A stretch of DNA of 64,000 bases from Azolla caroliniana (Eukaryota > Plantae > Polypodiophyta), in assembly GCA_043228905.1 (NCBI GenBank), contig JBHGNT010000003.1, positions 558,001-622,000 of the forward strand, read 5' to 3'. Both the position numbers and the translations under genes were made by a program. Under the pieces are notes generated by a model. It was not told the origin of the DNA, made no database searches, and was given only the letters and a program-made list of their open reading frames with translations. Positions 47,601-62,038 of this stretch are shown in pieces; position 1 is the first letter of the stretch; each line of letters starts with the position of its first letter.

Positions 47601-50600
47601 ACAATACCTTTATCGCTAAATAATCACTTCAGTGTTACTTAAATTAGAAACACGGAGAGGTAGAAAAATATAATAAATATTTACTAGGTAATGATACAAA
47701 AGATAATTTGCAAAAGGAATCACATTATAATTGTATATTGTTTTGAGGGTTGTGATCTCAACAATTGGCTTTAAAGTTGTATATGTTTGTCAATTCACTA
47801 TCAATCACTTTCAACTCCAAAGTTTGACACTCTTCTTGTTTAAGGAGTCTTTATTTTCCCGTTTTACACCTACCCTCTACTTAATATATATTTTATGGCC
47901 TTCTAGGTGTTTGCACACTTGTTGACAGACCAACACATTTGTTGTAGGCTCTTGTAGCCATAGATTGACATATTCGCATTCGTGGGGTTTCCATTCGAAT
48001 GCAAACGAATACGAATACGAATGGGTAGTCAAGTATCCCCCCCCCACCCCCCAAAAAAAAACAAAATCCTAAGATAAAAGAAAAGGAACTTAACAATAAA
48101 TAGGGATAATAAAAGAGGGACTTTGGGACCTCACACTACTAAATTTTTATAATAAATGTATAGTCGTTTTATTTTTAATAAATACAATAAATAAAATAAA
48201 GGCTCATTAATTTCTCATTTTTTATTTCCTCAAAATTTATGAATATTTTTATCTTGACATTAAAAATGGTACTTCAAACTAATCATATCTTCAAAGTTCA
48301 TACTAATCATATTTGTTTAAAAAAAATTAATTAATTAAAATAAGTTTCATAAACTCTCTTGACACTATAATCTATTAATGAATAATTGTTTTTTTTCGGT
48401 GAAATACATTTATTTAAATAAATAAATAAATTTTTATATTTATTTTACAAAACGAATGGTTTTTTAATATTCTTGGGGCCATTTTGTATTCTCGAATATT
48501 GAGAATATTGCGCATGGAGAATATCACGCATGTGTCAATCTATGGTTGTAGCCTGTATCTAAACCACTACCTATTCTGCAACTATAGTGTTATTCAAATC
48601 CTCAATAAACTTGTTCTAGTTATAATCCATAAACGCATTCGAAATAAAAGTATCTACATTCCTTATCGTCTCTTCTTTTGAATTGTTGTCCTTCTCTAGG
48701 CTCTCATCATTCGTTCAACATAGCAAACATTTTGTCCATCCTCTTAAAGATTGTTATCAAGCTCTTTTGTAACATGTTATTTTCAAATAGTGCAATGCAA
48801 AAACATTTGTAGTCAATGAGTGGCAATGATTTAGAATGACTTGATAATTTTCCCCCTTCCTTTGACAAGGAGTTCCATGGGTCACAACTCACAATTCATA
48901 AATGTTGAAAGTGACAAGCTCAACCATTCAAATTGTTATGAACAAGTATGGTATGGTACATATGTGCATTAATGACCCCATGTTGATCATTCCTTTAATT
49001 AAAAGAATGTAAACACCCTTCTTATATGCAAAGAGAACATGTGTTGCATTCAATGTAAGGAGATCTCATATCCTAATAACTCTCATCGTGGAAAGCAACA
49101 AGGAAGTAGTTACAAGGTAACAAGAAAGCAATTACAAGATAATGAGAAGGTGGACACCCCATTCTTGTGTGTACAAATCTATTATAGTTTATTATGTAGA
49201 TCATACTAACATTTGATTAAGAATGATCTTATCATGGTCCCCATTTATGGATATAAGTTATTTCCTTTGGTATATTCAGTATTAGTTAGTTTGTCTTTGT
49301 TTATCTGTCTCCTTCTTGCACACGATACATGACTCGTATCTAACCAAATCCACTCCATTGTACGTATACTGTATACACTTGGATCCTCCACAAAACTTGG
49401 ATTGTTGAAACCAATATGCATGTTAGAATAAATAAAGTAAAGGTTGTAAACATATGGAATCACAAATCATCGAACCGTTGCCCTAGGTTGATACAAAGGA
49501 ATTACTTTTAGGAGGGAAAACAATGAATTGCTCTCTATCCTATCCTTATGTTTCAATTACCCATTAACATGCATCTTGACTTCATAATGTCAAGCCTCAA
49601 AATTAGTCGAAAGATAGATAATCAATAATGCGCAAATGCTCTTCTTCTTTTGATCAATCAAATTGATTAACTTTCAAAAAACTTGAATCTCATAGAAGAC
49701 CTAAAATTTGGTGTTCTTGCAAATCTCTACTTGATTAATAATCACAGGATGGGATATTGCTAGACACGAAGGGCATTTTCACAGTTACATAAATTGGAAA
49801 ATGCATGTAATTTGATGATTAATTTTCAAAAACTTGAAAATCTAGTCGTGAAAGAGTTAAGTTATTCCGTAAACTATAGATCTTAAAGATTAGCCATCAC
49901 AAGGTGGATATCCAGTGATTTGAAAGAGTGCATGTCTAGGAATGATGACAATCGACAGGGGTATTTTAGGAATTATGGAAAACCGGTGGGGCATTTTTGG
50001 AGTTGTGCACAAGTAGCGTGGCATTTTTCATAGTTTCTGTCACTCTCTTATGCTCCACGCGTCTTCTTTAAGCCCTTCTGCGTAAACCTAGCAGAAGAGA
50101 AGAAAGGTATGCGTTCTCATTTGATAGATCATCGATTTCGGTCAAGTGCGTCGGAATGTTTTACACGTTTCCCTCCCTGGTATCATGAATTTGTTGTTGA
50201 GGAAGATCAAATGGAGTGAATTCATTTTCTATGAAAGGAGAGTGATGTTTTTCGTTTTAGAAGCTGGAAGGATTTTTGGAAGAATGAGTAGTTATTGATT
50301 TATAGCATTTTGGAAAGAAATGGTAAATTTCAAATTTAGACCGGTGATTATGAATTTATAGAAAATTTGAAGAAAGGGCAGATTTGGATTTAGAATGGCG
50401 AATATTGGAAGAAATGGATAGAATTTATTTCGAATGAGGATAAGTGATTGGTAGCCATTTTGAAGAAAAAAGGACAGACTTTGATTTACTCTTGAGATTA
50501 GTAATTGATTTCCATTATGAAAATAAATTTCATTTAGACTGATGATGACTGACCTAGAGGCATTTGTAAGAAACGGGTAGGTTTGATTTAGATCAATGAT

Positions 50601-51995
50601 TATTGTTTTTTGGTCATTAAGGATATATTTTGGTTTACATTGGAGATAATTCATATATAATCAGTGCCTTAAAATGCATTAAATTTGAAGCTCAAGGTAG
50701 AATTTTACTTACATAAAATTTTATATTCAGTTGTGAGGCCTCAAATTTGAATATGTACATCCAAAATTTTATTTTTTCTTTAATACATAAGTTAATATTT
50801 ATATATAGAGTTTGCAACCTTGGGCATTTGTTTGAGTTTCATTTTTGCAACATATGGAAAGATTTCAAACTTCATTTCATGCCCAAATTGGGCCTCAAAT
50901 TAACACACTGCAAAGCTTCATTTGGCATGAAACTTTGCATTCAATCATGAAGTTTCAAAATCAGTATGGACCTCAATTGCTTTGTATATACTCCAAGTTA
51001 TCGCTACAAAGTTTAATATTTATATATAGTTTCTTCAACCTGGGGTATTTCTTTGAGTTTCCTCTTGGAAGCTTTGAATTTTGTTTTGGTTTCATTTAGA
51101 GCAGAAAATGAATTGCCTTTCGCACTAAATTTCCCAACTTCAGTAAGTATACTCTTAGAGCGTTTTTTTCACCGAGCATTTGAGAAGTTTCAGGGCAAAT
51201 GATAGTAAGGTCTTTGTTGAACTCATAATAGCATGAATCTTATAAAAAACATTTAATTTTTGAGGCCGTTACAGTTTCTAAAGGTTTCTGACTATGGAAC
51301 AAGGAGGAGTACATTCAGATAGGTATGTTTCAGAAGGAATAAAAAAATCAAAAGGGATTTGGAAAAACTTGTTATGCATTCTTGATCAATGACAGTAATA
51401 ATTGGTAAATGTCTAATCTGTATGAATGAATTTTTCTGAGGAACCTTTGGAAGTAAACTAAAGTGTTTTTCTGTAAAATTTTGAGCTCTGGAGATTTGAA
51501 CAATTACCTAATCATCATGTAAAGAATTATAGATTCCACACTCTTTTGAATCAGGGAAGTGTGGCTTCATATGTTTTCATGGAAGAACTGGGCAAGGTAG
51601 CTGATTAAGATATCTATCTATCTATCTATCTATCTATATATAATAAATTCCTTGCTAGAAATTGAGACCAAGAAAAAAAATGCAATAAAAGCATTAATCT
51701 TAACAAGTTCAATTGATGAACTGGTTGACGTTTGGTAGCTACAATACTGAATATTTATTCCCCTATTCAAGATTTGTTGTTTCTAAAGTCTAACATCCCC
51801 TAACTACCAAAATATGCTTTGGAACCCTCCACTTGGTTAAAACCTGTAGGGGTAGTGCCAAAATTGGGCTTATTAAAGTAATCGCTTGTGTGCTTCCATG
51901 GTCACAGAAATTTTATCTGTAGCATATTTTTATTTCTCAATCCTTTCGCGATTTGAATATGTTTAGCTCTTCTAATTATCCTAAGTAACTCACAG

Positions 51996-54900
51996 ATGGA
52001 TGCCCTCAAAGCATCTGGGAATGAAGCTGTTCGAAAAGGAGATTATTTGTCCGCAATTGATTTTTACAGACAAGCCATCAGTTCAGCAGATGAGGACAAA
52101 GTGGATGATATTGTTGCTTTGCATAGCAATTGTTCATTTGCACATCTCAAGCTTGGAGAATTCTCAAAGGTCAGCATCATATGCAAGAGTCTAAGATATT
52201 TATAGTTGGGAAAAACTCTGAAATCATCTTTTGTTTTTTCATATCCCCAAATACCCTTGGCCGACATTTGGTCAATTTATCCCTTTAATTTGTCCTTTTG
52301 GCAATTTATGGCCAAGTCATGCTAATTTTCTCAATTATATGTGCTATCGGAAAAAGATATGGCCAGTTCATCACTTATAATTTGAGTTCCTATGAAGTTT
52401 CCATTAAAACACTTGATGCTGCAGGCCCTGGAGGAAGCAAGTAAATGTATTGCATTAAAGCCAGATTGGAGTAAGGTATGTCTTTAGAAATAGCTTTCTT
52501 GAGAATTTTCAATAAACTACACATGTGTGCGGAGGATACAAGTAATATCTTGTAGCGTTTGCTCCTACACAAAATAGAGGAGAATGGAAATTTTCTCAAA
52601 ATTTCAGAGTACTTCAATAGTGACATAAATTTAATTTATGCATCTTCATATAACAGTAATCTCAATTATTCATTACTACGTTTAGACGTTGTCATGCATT
52701 TACTTTAATAATGTTGCTTTTTTCTTTTGGGTAAGTTCATTTGTGATTTGTTTAATGCTTCTTGTGTTTATTTCTTACATCTGGTTTTTATTTATTTAAA
52801 TGCCATCTTTCCTTCTAGGGTCACTTCAGATGTGCTGAAGCATATTTTGCTTTACGAGATTATGCAAATGCAGAGAAATCATATGAAAAAGCATCTATGT
52901 TGGTCAGGATCTTAATAATATAAACTGTTCTTTCCAAACTTTAAATTAAAATGTTTTTTTACACAATATTAGACTCATTAATTTCGTGTCATAATTTATT
53001 TAACATTGTCAGTCTCCAGATGATCAAACTATTAAAAGACGCATCATCTTGACACGTGAAGCAATAGATGGGTTCTACTTCCGCCAGGTTCTTTGATCTA
53101 TGTTGACTTCCCCCTTTCTTGGTTACTAGGTTTGCTATATGTTCATATTTGTTTTTGTGGATTCTTGATACAGCTGTTTCCAGGTCGTGACTTTTGTCTG
53201 AACCCTTCGGATATTATAGAACGACAGGTTTTTTCTTCAAACTACTGGCTTCCTAGATAAATTGATAAATGTTTGAGACAAAGTAAAAAAAAGGTGTACT
53301 TTTGGACTATGGAGACTGTGACATTCTAAATTTATATGTTGTGGTCATCAAAACCCTTTGGCATGCCAATGGATATCTTGATCTGCCATTCTTAGCTCGA
53401 TTCAAACTCCATAAGGATATCTTTTTTACCTCTAAAAAGCTGCTTGCAGTCAACTATTATAATTGATCACACATGTTAACATCATATTCCGGCATTTCCT
53501 AATCACTGACTAATGTACAGAGGATTCTTTTATCTTGCAATTTAGCTATAATGAGATACTTCCCTTAAATGAAGAGATTTGTCACATGACTTGAACAAAT
53601 TTGACAGATTTTTAGCAGTGCGGAACAGATGAAAAACTTTGTATATCTTGTTGGAGATGCCAAAACACGTGAAGTGGTTGTGGTAGATGCAGCATGGGAT
53701 GTCAAGGTGTGTGCTTTTCATACCATCATTTTCCATTAATATATTATGATTTAAAATGGTCTTTAGAGAATCCAACTTGAACAACATTTCATCTCATAAT
53801 TTTTTAAGACTGCAAACTGCAGTGATGATTGTGTGCAGATCAATTCTACTTATGACATTTAATATTTAATAATAAGATATTAGCTTCAACTTTAATTTGT
53901 TATAAATCTAGAGAGGGGTTTTGCTTTCAATAATTATATATCAGCTTGTCAGGGACAATTATGTCAAATTCATTGCATTCTGTGAAGTGAGTATATATAT
54001 ATATATGCCAAAACTAGTCGAGTTTATTTTCTACTTCTGTTGAATAAATTATAGTTCCTATGAGAATAAAAATTTCCACACTCTGTGATGGTGATAGCTG
54101 TAGACACTATATGCTTCTGCTTTTGAACAGGGAATTCGAAAATTTGCAGCTCAGGACTCCGTGAAGATTGTAAGCATATATTGTGTACAATGTTCTACTC
54201 AATTACTTTAGAAAGCTCATTATAAATAAATCTGAACAGGTGGGAGCTGTTGTAACACATTATCATTTCGATCATACTGGGGGTACCCCACCCCCACCTT
54301 TTGATGCCTTGGGAATCAAAGTCCCTGGTGTACGAGAATTTGCTACTGAAGAGAATCTTCCTGTAAGGTTTATACAAAAATGAATTGTGTGGTTTATGCT
54401 AAAACAAATTAGGTTAGGTTAATGCTAAAATGAATTGGGTATCCATTTGGACAAAAATCATTCTAGGTCTACATCAATAAGTTGGATGCAGCTAGTGTGA
54501 GGAAGAATAATGGTGTTCCAAGCAATGTCATCATAGAACTTGAAGTAACTCGAATTGTGTATTTTTTGGACAGTTTATGAAAAATGAAGAATGACTTAAC
54601 CTCTAGAACTTAATAACTTTGTTACTATTAACAGGACTCTGCTATCATATCTGTAGGCTCTATACAGCTGCAATTTATTCATACACCTGGGCATACTCCT
54701 GGAAGTCAATGTCTGCTCATTTCTAGGTAATGATCATAAAAAAAGTAAAATTAATCCTGTTCAGAAAAGTCAACATGTTCATGCATTCTTATCAAATATG
54801 GTCTTAAGAACCTTGACTTAAAACACTCTGATCTGATATTGCTGATTTCCATGAACGAAAACTATAGTCTTTTAGGAATTTCATATTTTTGATGCAGTAC

Positions 54901-57704
54901 AAAGTGTAAGGTTCATTGATAACAGATTAAAAAACCTTTAGAGTTGTGCATGTCGTTTTGCCTATCTATCTTGTGAAGTTTTAACAAATGGAACTTTTTT
55001 GCACTTTCTAATAATCTGTACTTATTTGTAGTAATGCATATTGTAACTTCACTAACTTTTACTTCTTTTTATTATGTGTTGTAGACCTTCTCAAGATTAT
55101 TTACTTTCTGGAGATACACTTTTTATTGGAAGGTGAGGATACCATTTTATGTCTGAGAAAAGAAAGGTATTTTGTCAATGTTCAAAATTGGTCTGAGGCA
55201 TATAATATGTACAAAGGTTTGCAAAATCGGAAATGGTACAAGAATGATAGCAATGGAATGTGAGATGCTGATATGATCTCCTATCTAGCTAATGCCTATA
55301 TGCTCAGGCTAGAACGACTCTAGAGTGCAGTGTAATGATGCAATGCCTCTAAACTATAGTTAACTCCAGCCTTTAGTAATCAAAGAGTGTAGAATGAAAA
55401 TACTTGGGTGAGTGTGATTTGGGGGGGAGAGGGGGTTGCATGAATGCCACAGGGGTTGTGCCCATCTGGGCTATCTACTTGGAGGCACCATGGGAATTTT
55501 GGGATTTGATCTCCTGATTTCTCTATGATGGAGTCTGGGGCCCCTTTGCCCTGGAGCTGGTGGTTTTCTCTTGCCTCTAATATGTCCGCACTTGCTATGA
55601 GGTGACCTAGTCATATGTAACTGGGGTGATGTCACACTTTGAAAGAAATTTGCAATTGATAATTGTCTGCTCCCATAGAGAAGGCTGTGGTATCTAACAA
55701 TGCCACTGTATCTCAAGCATGAAGTGACCATGACCTATTGCTTAAGAATCTAGGGAGTCTTATATGTACTCCAGATCACTCTTTCTTGAGCTGCAAGTAC
55801 CATTCACCTGACAGGTCTGAAGGCGCGAAAAATTGTTAACCTTGGTCTCTCCAAAGTTCACTGTAAGCCTTTGCTGGGTGCAAAACTTACCACTAGCCAT
55901 GAGGTGGCTTTGAAGACTAACCTGCAGCTCTAAAATCAAGACGTTATCAGTAAGCATTATATACCCTAGACCAACCCCAAGGTCTTTACTCTCTCCTTCT
56001 GCATTCAGTATATGGTCTGAGATCATCAACATAGAATCCAAAAAGTTGTGCACCCTTGCTTCAAACTGATGGTGCTAGTAATTAGCGTTGATAGGCCTTC
56101 GGGTCCCAACACTTGCCATTCACTTTCTTGTACAGAGCATACACTGTCCAATTTATCTTGAATAATACCCCAATCATCTGATGTTCTGGAAGATCCTCAT
56201 GATCCGGTCTGTATTAGAAGCTTTGCAGCAAAATGTGGGTACTTGTTCCATGCCTCTGCCCGCCCCACCAATGAGGCAACACAGAACAAAGATGTTATTG
56301 ATGGTAGAAAATGCTTGTATAATGCCTTTCTGGCCCTAGCTCCCAGACCCCCCTTCCCCCCGCCAAAAACAAGAAAAAAGAAAACCACACTCTTCTATAG
56401 TTAGACTGAATCTATACTTTCACCAGATTTATGAATATACAGAACCATGCCTTGTCCACTTCTCTTGGCAACCCACCACCACAGCCTAGTTGAAAAGGTG
56501 TGCTATGTATGGGTCTTTAGTGTTGGCTACGTACATGAGGTGCTCACTCAGTAGTGCTATATGAGAATGTGATAGATGGACTTACCATGCTGCAAGTAAT
56601 GAATATCTCTGACTTCCATGCGTGGAGTGATGAATGCAGAGTTGGATGTCATGGCTTCAGTGGTAGAGGTATCAGGGGCTTCAGAGGAAACGTCATATTG
56701 CCGTCTCCTTAATCAGTCCATGCTAGTGGGTCCTTGATATGCATAGTCCGTCAAGGCTCTTTGAGGGTGCACCAGTTTATACCTTTATAGCACAAGATAT
56801 ACGACTCAAGCATCATATATCCATCACTCCAGTTTGTAGTGTTAGCCATTCTCATGAGTAGGTGATAGAGATCAAGCTTTTATTCTGCCAACTGCAATAT
56901 TCTTCATCTTTGTCTAGCCTCACTCTAGTCTCTTGTAGTGCTTTCTGAATTCTCATAACATGCGGTTGGTTTTGGGGCATAGTTTTAGGGGAAGGATATG
57001 TCTTGTGCGAATATTGTGTGGGAAGGAGATGGTGGATTTGTGGAGAACAAATGTTATTTGTGTGGTGAGTTTGTACATTGATGTGAGTAAAGTAGGCAAA
57101 TCCCCTGGTCAAACCTCAGCTGAGATTATATCAGCTACCTCGTGGGTCAAGTGTATGGTGGGGTGCAGGGTGTATGCAATATGCGTGTGAGAGAGATGGA
57201 AGCTCTAGTGAAGGAGAAAGACAAACAAACATGATTAGCTTAATAGGGATAGGTGCAATGGTGAAGAATGTAATGAGGTATGATGCAGACTCCATGATGT
57301 TCCCTTCATGCTAGAGAGGGTGTTTTACAAGTTACAATAAAGATTGGCAGAACGTATTTTAGTTATATAAATTACCTAAATTCATTTAATCGTGGATTCT
57401 TTCTGACAGTTGTGGGAGGCTAGATTTGCCAGATTGCGATACAAAAGCAATGTATGTAAGCTTACAAAAGAAACTTGCAAGTCTACCAGACAACACACGG
57501 TGCTTCCCTTTACCACAACGCCCTTTTCTTGTTCAGTACGAAGATTTTTGATATCTATTCTTCTTACATTTCATTAATTTGAGAACCAGGGTCTATCCGG
57601 GTCATGACTATGGAGGTCCATATACAACAATTGGACATGAGAGAACCAGAGGATTATTAAGGCCAATCACAGAGAGGGATTGGTTGCAACAGCATAAAAT
57701 GTGA
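51996..57704 (+). CDS. TPR-domain + metallo-beta-lactamase (glyoxalase II-like) fusion protein, 13 exons
   Basis: Exons 51996-52169, 52425-52475, 52819-52902, 53013-53087, 53174-53227, 53608-53706, 54131-54169, 54240-54362, 54467-54544, 54635-54726, 55085-55132, 57410-57499 and 57590-57704; GT-AG, phases consistent. TPRs (LKASGNEA..Y..AI; ALEEASKCIALKPDWSKG) then THYHFDH, HTPGHTPGS, SGDTLF, CGRLD and VYPGHDY. Confidence 0.9.
55200..57330 (-). mobile_element. Degenerate LINE fragment in intron 11 of the TPR-MBL gene
   Basis: MLTDNVLIL..SLQSHL..FCTQQRLTVNFGETKV (ORF 55760-56053) resembles LINE RT YADD..LQ..L..FC...LTVN..KTK. Boundaries approximate. Confidence 0.6.
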
Positions 57705-58487
57705 AAATATTGAGCTGCTAGACATGTTTGGTGGTTTAAACAAAACACGAACGAAGATGTAAAAACTTAGTGCTTCAAGCAAGTCATCTTTATATGATGT
57801 GTTGTTTTATGAATTGAGTAAATTTTGTACCGAAAAAGATATTTGGACAAAAACATTGTGCATGGTTGGACAAAAATAACAGTAATTTATATGCATCAAG
57901 TGAATAAAGCGCCAAATAACTTTACATCTTAAAGAGTTTGATGCCAAAAAGATATTGTTATTGAAGGTCAAACTTAGACAAGTCCAGAGAATTGAGTAAC
58001 ATTGAAATTGAACTCTCTTCAAGTGGCTTGTGTGCCATAATAGATATGGCCCACACAAAGAATATTTGAAGAATGTTGGCAAATGGTCAAAAAGCTTTAA
58101 GAAATTCCTCGAATTCCACACATGACCTATTTTTTGACAACAATGTCCAAGTTTCTAGAACTAATAATGCTATAAAATTACCACATGATCTTGAGGGCAC
58201 GAAAGCCAATGCTATCAAATTTCTATTTAACCATAAAATGAAACAAAAAAAATGCACGTAATGGATAAGGAAAAAATAGATGCATTATTTTACTATTGAA
58301 TTTTGTCGAAGTAGAAAAGGAATAATAATAATGATTACATCTTTAAAATTAAAGAAAACTCTTTACAATGTAGTCTGCCAATTGTCAATACTAGAATAGT
58401 CAAGGTTGATATATGCATGTATCTATTTTTTAATTTAGTATCACAATTTCTTGTTAATATATTATCTCCATGCTTCAATGGAAATGA

Positions 58488-60032
58488 TTATAATGATGCC
58501 AAGGTTTGGAACTTCGGTGTGAATGCACAAATGCCGAGGAAATCAGAATGATCATGATAGCTTGGTATTTGGTGCCATGAATTACTTGAAATATCGTAAA
58601 TAATTGGGCTCATGTATTTGTCATCCTTCCCATGAAGCACCCCGGTCATGCAAATGATGTTCTCAGATGCCATGAACGTGAAGTTGTATGTTTTATTAGG
58701 GGACATATTGCTACTAGTCTCCAAGGAGGTATTTTCTATAGAAAACAAGTGAGGAGCTTCTAGTATTGATACTGGAGCTAATGTAGGGCCATTTGAAGAT
58801 ACGTCCATGCATGAGGATAAAGGGCAATCATATGAAGATGACGACGACAATAAGGACGATGACTCATGGGGCAATGACATGGCTGATGACATCAAAGACC
58901 GAGACAATAATTCCCATACACCAAATCCATTTTCTCGACGATGGCGATGACCTCCCAATCCTTGGTTGATACTGGTAGACTCCATGAGGGCAGAGGCGAG
59001 CAAAAGACGATCCTTATATTTTGTAACAAAAACATGGGAGTCATGAGCCAATTGAGGCAATGGATTAAGAGTGATCTTACTCCAAGCATCAAGTTCCACA
59101 TGATATCCGAAGACGTAGCCACACTTGGGGGATGCAATGTCCACGTGGAAAACATCGGCCTTACGGAAGGTGGGCACGTCGGCATCTTTGGCTTCTCTAA
59201 TAGGGCGTCCCTTGCGCCACACTTTGGTCCTAGGATCGTAGATGTCCACACAAGAGTAAAAAGAGGACATGAGGATGATGCGGTACCCATTTCCCGATGA
59301 TGATGCTCCACCACCGATGATGGCATCACAAGATGTGTTACGATTAGTGCGGACGAGCTTGAGGATTGTGTCCCACTTTTGCCCAACAAAATCAAGGGGC
59401 AAGTCTACCCACCAAACATCTCTAGTGCTAATGTCTACCAATGTGAGTCCACATGGCCTGTTGGCCGCCGACGGAACCTCGTGGTAGTCTTCTTCGCGGG
59501 CATGGGCATCAAGAAAACACACTAGGTTTCCGGCGGCACTCATGAGGGTGTTGTTGTGGAGCTGGTGGTATCCATCATTGGCCAGGGGGTGGAACGAAAA
59601 CCACTTACCGGGGTAGAAGGGTGGTTTAATCGACTTTGGTGCAGGCGGTGGTAACCATGCCTGTGGTGTATGCATACCAGTGCTGTTGCTGCATACGTAT
59701 ACAAAGAAATCTTGACTTGCCTCAGTTTTCTTATCCCGTCCAGACATGAGGAGCCATGGAGAATGATCCTGTCCAGAAGAAGACTGATGCACAAGGGATT
59801 GATGGGAAGACCATATGTGCCATAGCTCACGTGATGTGAGCACAGAATTCCATGCCTTGGAGACTAAGCGGAGCTGATAAAGCTTGATGAGGGGCAAGAA
59901 GGAGAGGATGCTAAGGAGAAGATCCATGGGGAGAGTTCTCATGATTGAGATACAAAGGAGGAAGGAAGGAGAAGGAGAAGGAGAGACAGGTAAAAGATTG
60001 AGGTAGCAAAACAAGAAGACTTTGCTTGCCAT
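58488..60032 (-). CDS. F-box protein with beta-propeller/kelch-like C-terminus (intronless)
   Basis: F-box LPMDLLLSILSFLPLIKLYQLRLVSKAWNSVL; later IYDPRTKVWR and IYDISSNSWH. Start at ATG 60032 or 59942; the track start 60131 is not ATG. Confidence 0.85.
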   Translation of the reverse strand: MASKVFLFCYLNLLPVSPSPSPSFLLCISIMRTLPMDLLLSILSFLPLIKLYQLRLVSKAWNSVLTSRELWHIWSSHQSLVHQSSSGQDHSPWLLMSGRDKKTEASQDFFVYVCSNSTGMHTPQAWLPPPAPKSIKPPFYPGKWFSFHPLANDGYHQLHNNTLMSAAGNLVCFLDAHAREEDYHEVPSAANRPCGLTLVDISTRDVWWVDLPLDFVGQKWDTILKLVRTNRNTSCDAIIGGGASSSGNGYRIILMSSFYSCVDIYDPRTKVWRKGRPIREAKDADVPTFRKADVFHVDIASPKCGYVFGYHVELDAWSKITLNPLPQLAHDSHVFVTKYKDRLLLASALMESTSINQGLGGHRHRRENGFGVWELLSRSLMSSAMSLPHESSSLLSSSSSYDCPLSSCMDVSSNGPTLAPVSILEAPHLFSIENTSLETSSNMSPNKTYNFTFMASENIICMTGVLHGKDDKYMSPIIYDISSNSWHQIPSYHDHSDFLGICAFTPKFQTLASL

Positions 60033-60292
60033 GGTTCTTGTGCCTGTGGGCCTATTTATGTATTTGTTTATGATGAAGAATAGGAAAGGCAGCACTAGGT
60101 AGAAAAGTGTGATACCCTTTTCTAGAAACACTTTGTCAAATCATATGATTGTGATGGATGGCTTGGTGTTAGGGCCAAGGCTCTCTCCCCTTAAACACCA
60201 ATGTGTTGGTCATGCGCAATGTCACAAATGAGCTCCTTGCCAACCTTGCCCATTTTCAAGATCGGTCATCCTATCTATGGACATAGATACAG

Positions 60293-60514
60293 TACAATAC
60301 AATACAATACAAATACAATACAATACAATACAAATACAACACAATACAATACAATACAATACAATACAATACTGCATTACATTACATTATAGTAGCGCAG
60401 AATAGAATACATACTATGTATACCCACAATCAATACAACACAAGACAAGACAAGACAAGAACAATATAGTAGAATAGAATAGAATAGAATACAACAACAC
60501 AATACAATACAATA
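60293..60514. repeat. Compound pentanucleotide microsatellites (TACAA)n, (ACAAG)n, (ATAGA)n
   Basis: Direct inspection. Confidence 0.9.
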
Positions 60515-61042
60515 GACTTAATACCCCATGCCGTTAGGAATCCCATCCCACAAGTTGACACACAGATTCGTGCCATTTTTTTTATTTCCTCACCATCGTT
60601 TGCACAACCACATGAACTTCAAGTTGGTTGGCGCTCATCTCTCAATGATCTCTTCTCGGTCAAACATGCATATTGGACCTAAAAGGCCTTTGATGGTTTG
60701 TGATTTGCACCATCTTCATGAAATGAGGAGCTTCGAGTTTTGCTAATCAACATGTCCATGGTTCTCAACTTTATCCTTATAAGACTAGTCAGTTACATAC
60801 TAGAATGTTCAAAATCTAGTATGTACATAAATAAATCCTTATTAGAGTTGAAAATCATCAACCCCCAAAATCCAACAAATTATCGCAAATTCAATATGAA
60901 AAGTTGAATGGCCATGTTATTGTTTATTGTGTAGTATAGAATATGTTCATGGGCCTAGATGCAAATTATTCCTCCGTTGAACCAAGGTTGTAATAGTTCA
61001 TGTGGACCCTTTCAACTTTATATGCATCACACATACACACTA

Positions 61043-61144
61043 TATAAGGACTTTCCACATTAAAAGGAATTAAAAACTTTAAGTTGGTACACTACAATAT
61101 AAGGACTTTCCACATTAAAAGGAATTAAAAACATTAAGTTGGTA
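61043..61144. repeat. Short tandem duplication (~55-bp period)
   Basis: TATAAGGACTTTCCACATTAAAAGGAATTAAAAAC..TAAGTTGGTA occurs twice. Confidence 0.85.
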
Positions 61145-62038
61145 TAGCTAGACAAGCACGTTAAATGCACATGCATATCTCTATTTTCAATGGTAGAATA
61201 ATTTAGGGTGTTTGCATGTGTACAAATAAAGGGCTCGTAAGAAACAAGGGCATAAGTACACCCTCCATATGTAGATCTTGTATGATAGTTTTAGAAGACT
61301 GCCTATCTTCAGCTAGAAGTCTTGCCAATTGCATACTTGTTAATGTTTACATGCATGGTATCCTTTTTCCTATCACTTCCATAAGAATATATCATACAAC
61401 CCATTTGCATGATTTTTCCTTTTAATATATAGGTCAACCAGTGACAAAATATGGAGGGCACATCATAAACAATGCATTCTTAGCCATAAGTTCATATATG
61501 TTTTTGTTTTAGTTACTAAAACCAATAAACAAAGCATTTGTGAGGCTAAAATGATTGTAGACAAGGCATATGAGTTGGCATAACATGAACTCAGATTTAC
61601 TTGATTTATTTATCATCCAAAGATTCCTTACAATACCTAGATCCGAAATATAGCTCAATGTGGATGTGTTAACATCATGGAGGGTAGTATTTGAACTATG
61701 GAAATGGACCAAAGTTCTAATGCTAAAATATCATGAGCTTGAATGTGGTTATAGGTAAATGTCTATGAAAATTTTCAATCTAAACCTCATATAAGGAGGT
61801 TCCTCCTGGTTGTGACAATGACCTAGATTCTAGGTTATTACCATTGCCTTCTAGGCAAGTGGCATAGTGTGCATACAATCACAAATGCATCCTTACGGTC
61901 TCAACCAATATCTTAGTCATGATCCTTGGCAATTTGTTAATGAGTTGGCTAAGGGCTTGTAGATACTGCACTGCACACTTCAGCACGGATAGCAACTTTC
62001 ATGTGGTCTTGAAATTATTCTCAAACACCAGTAACACG

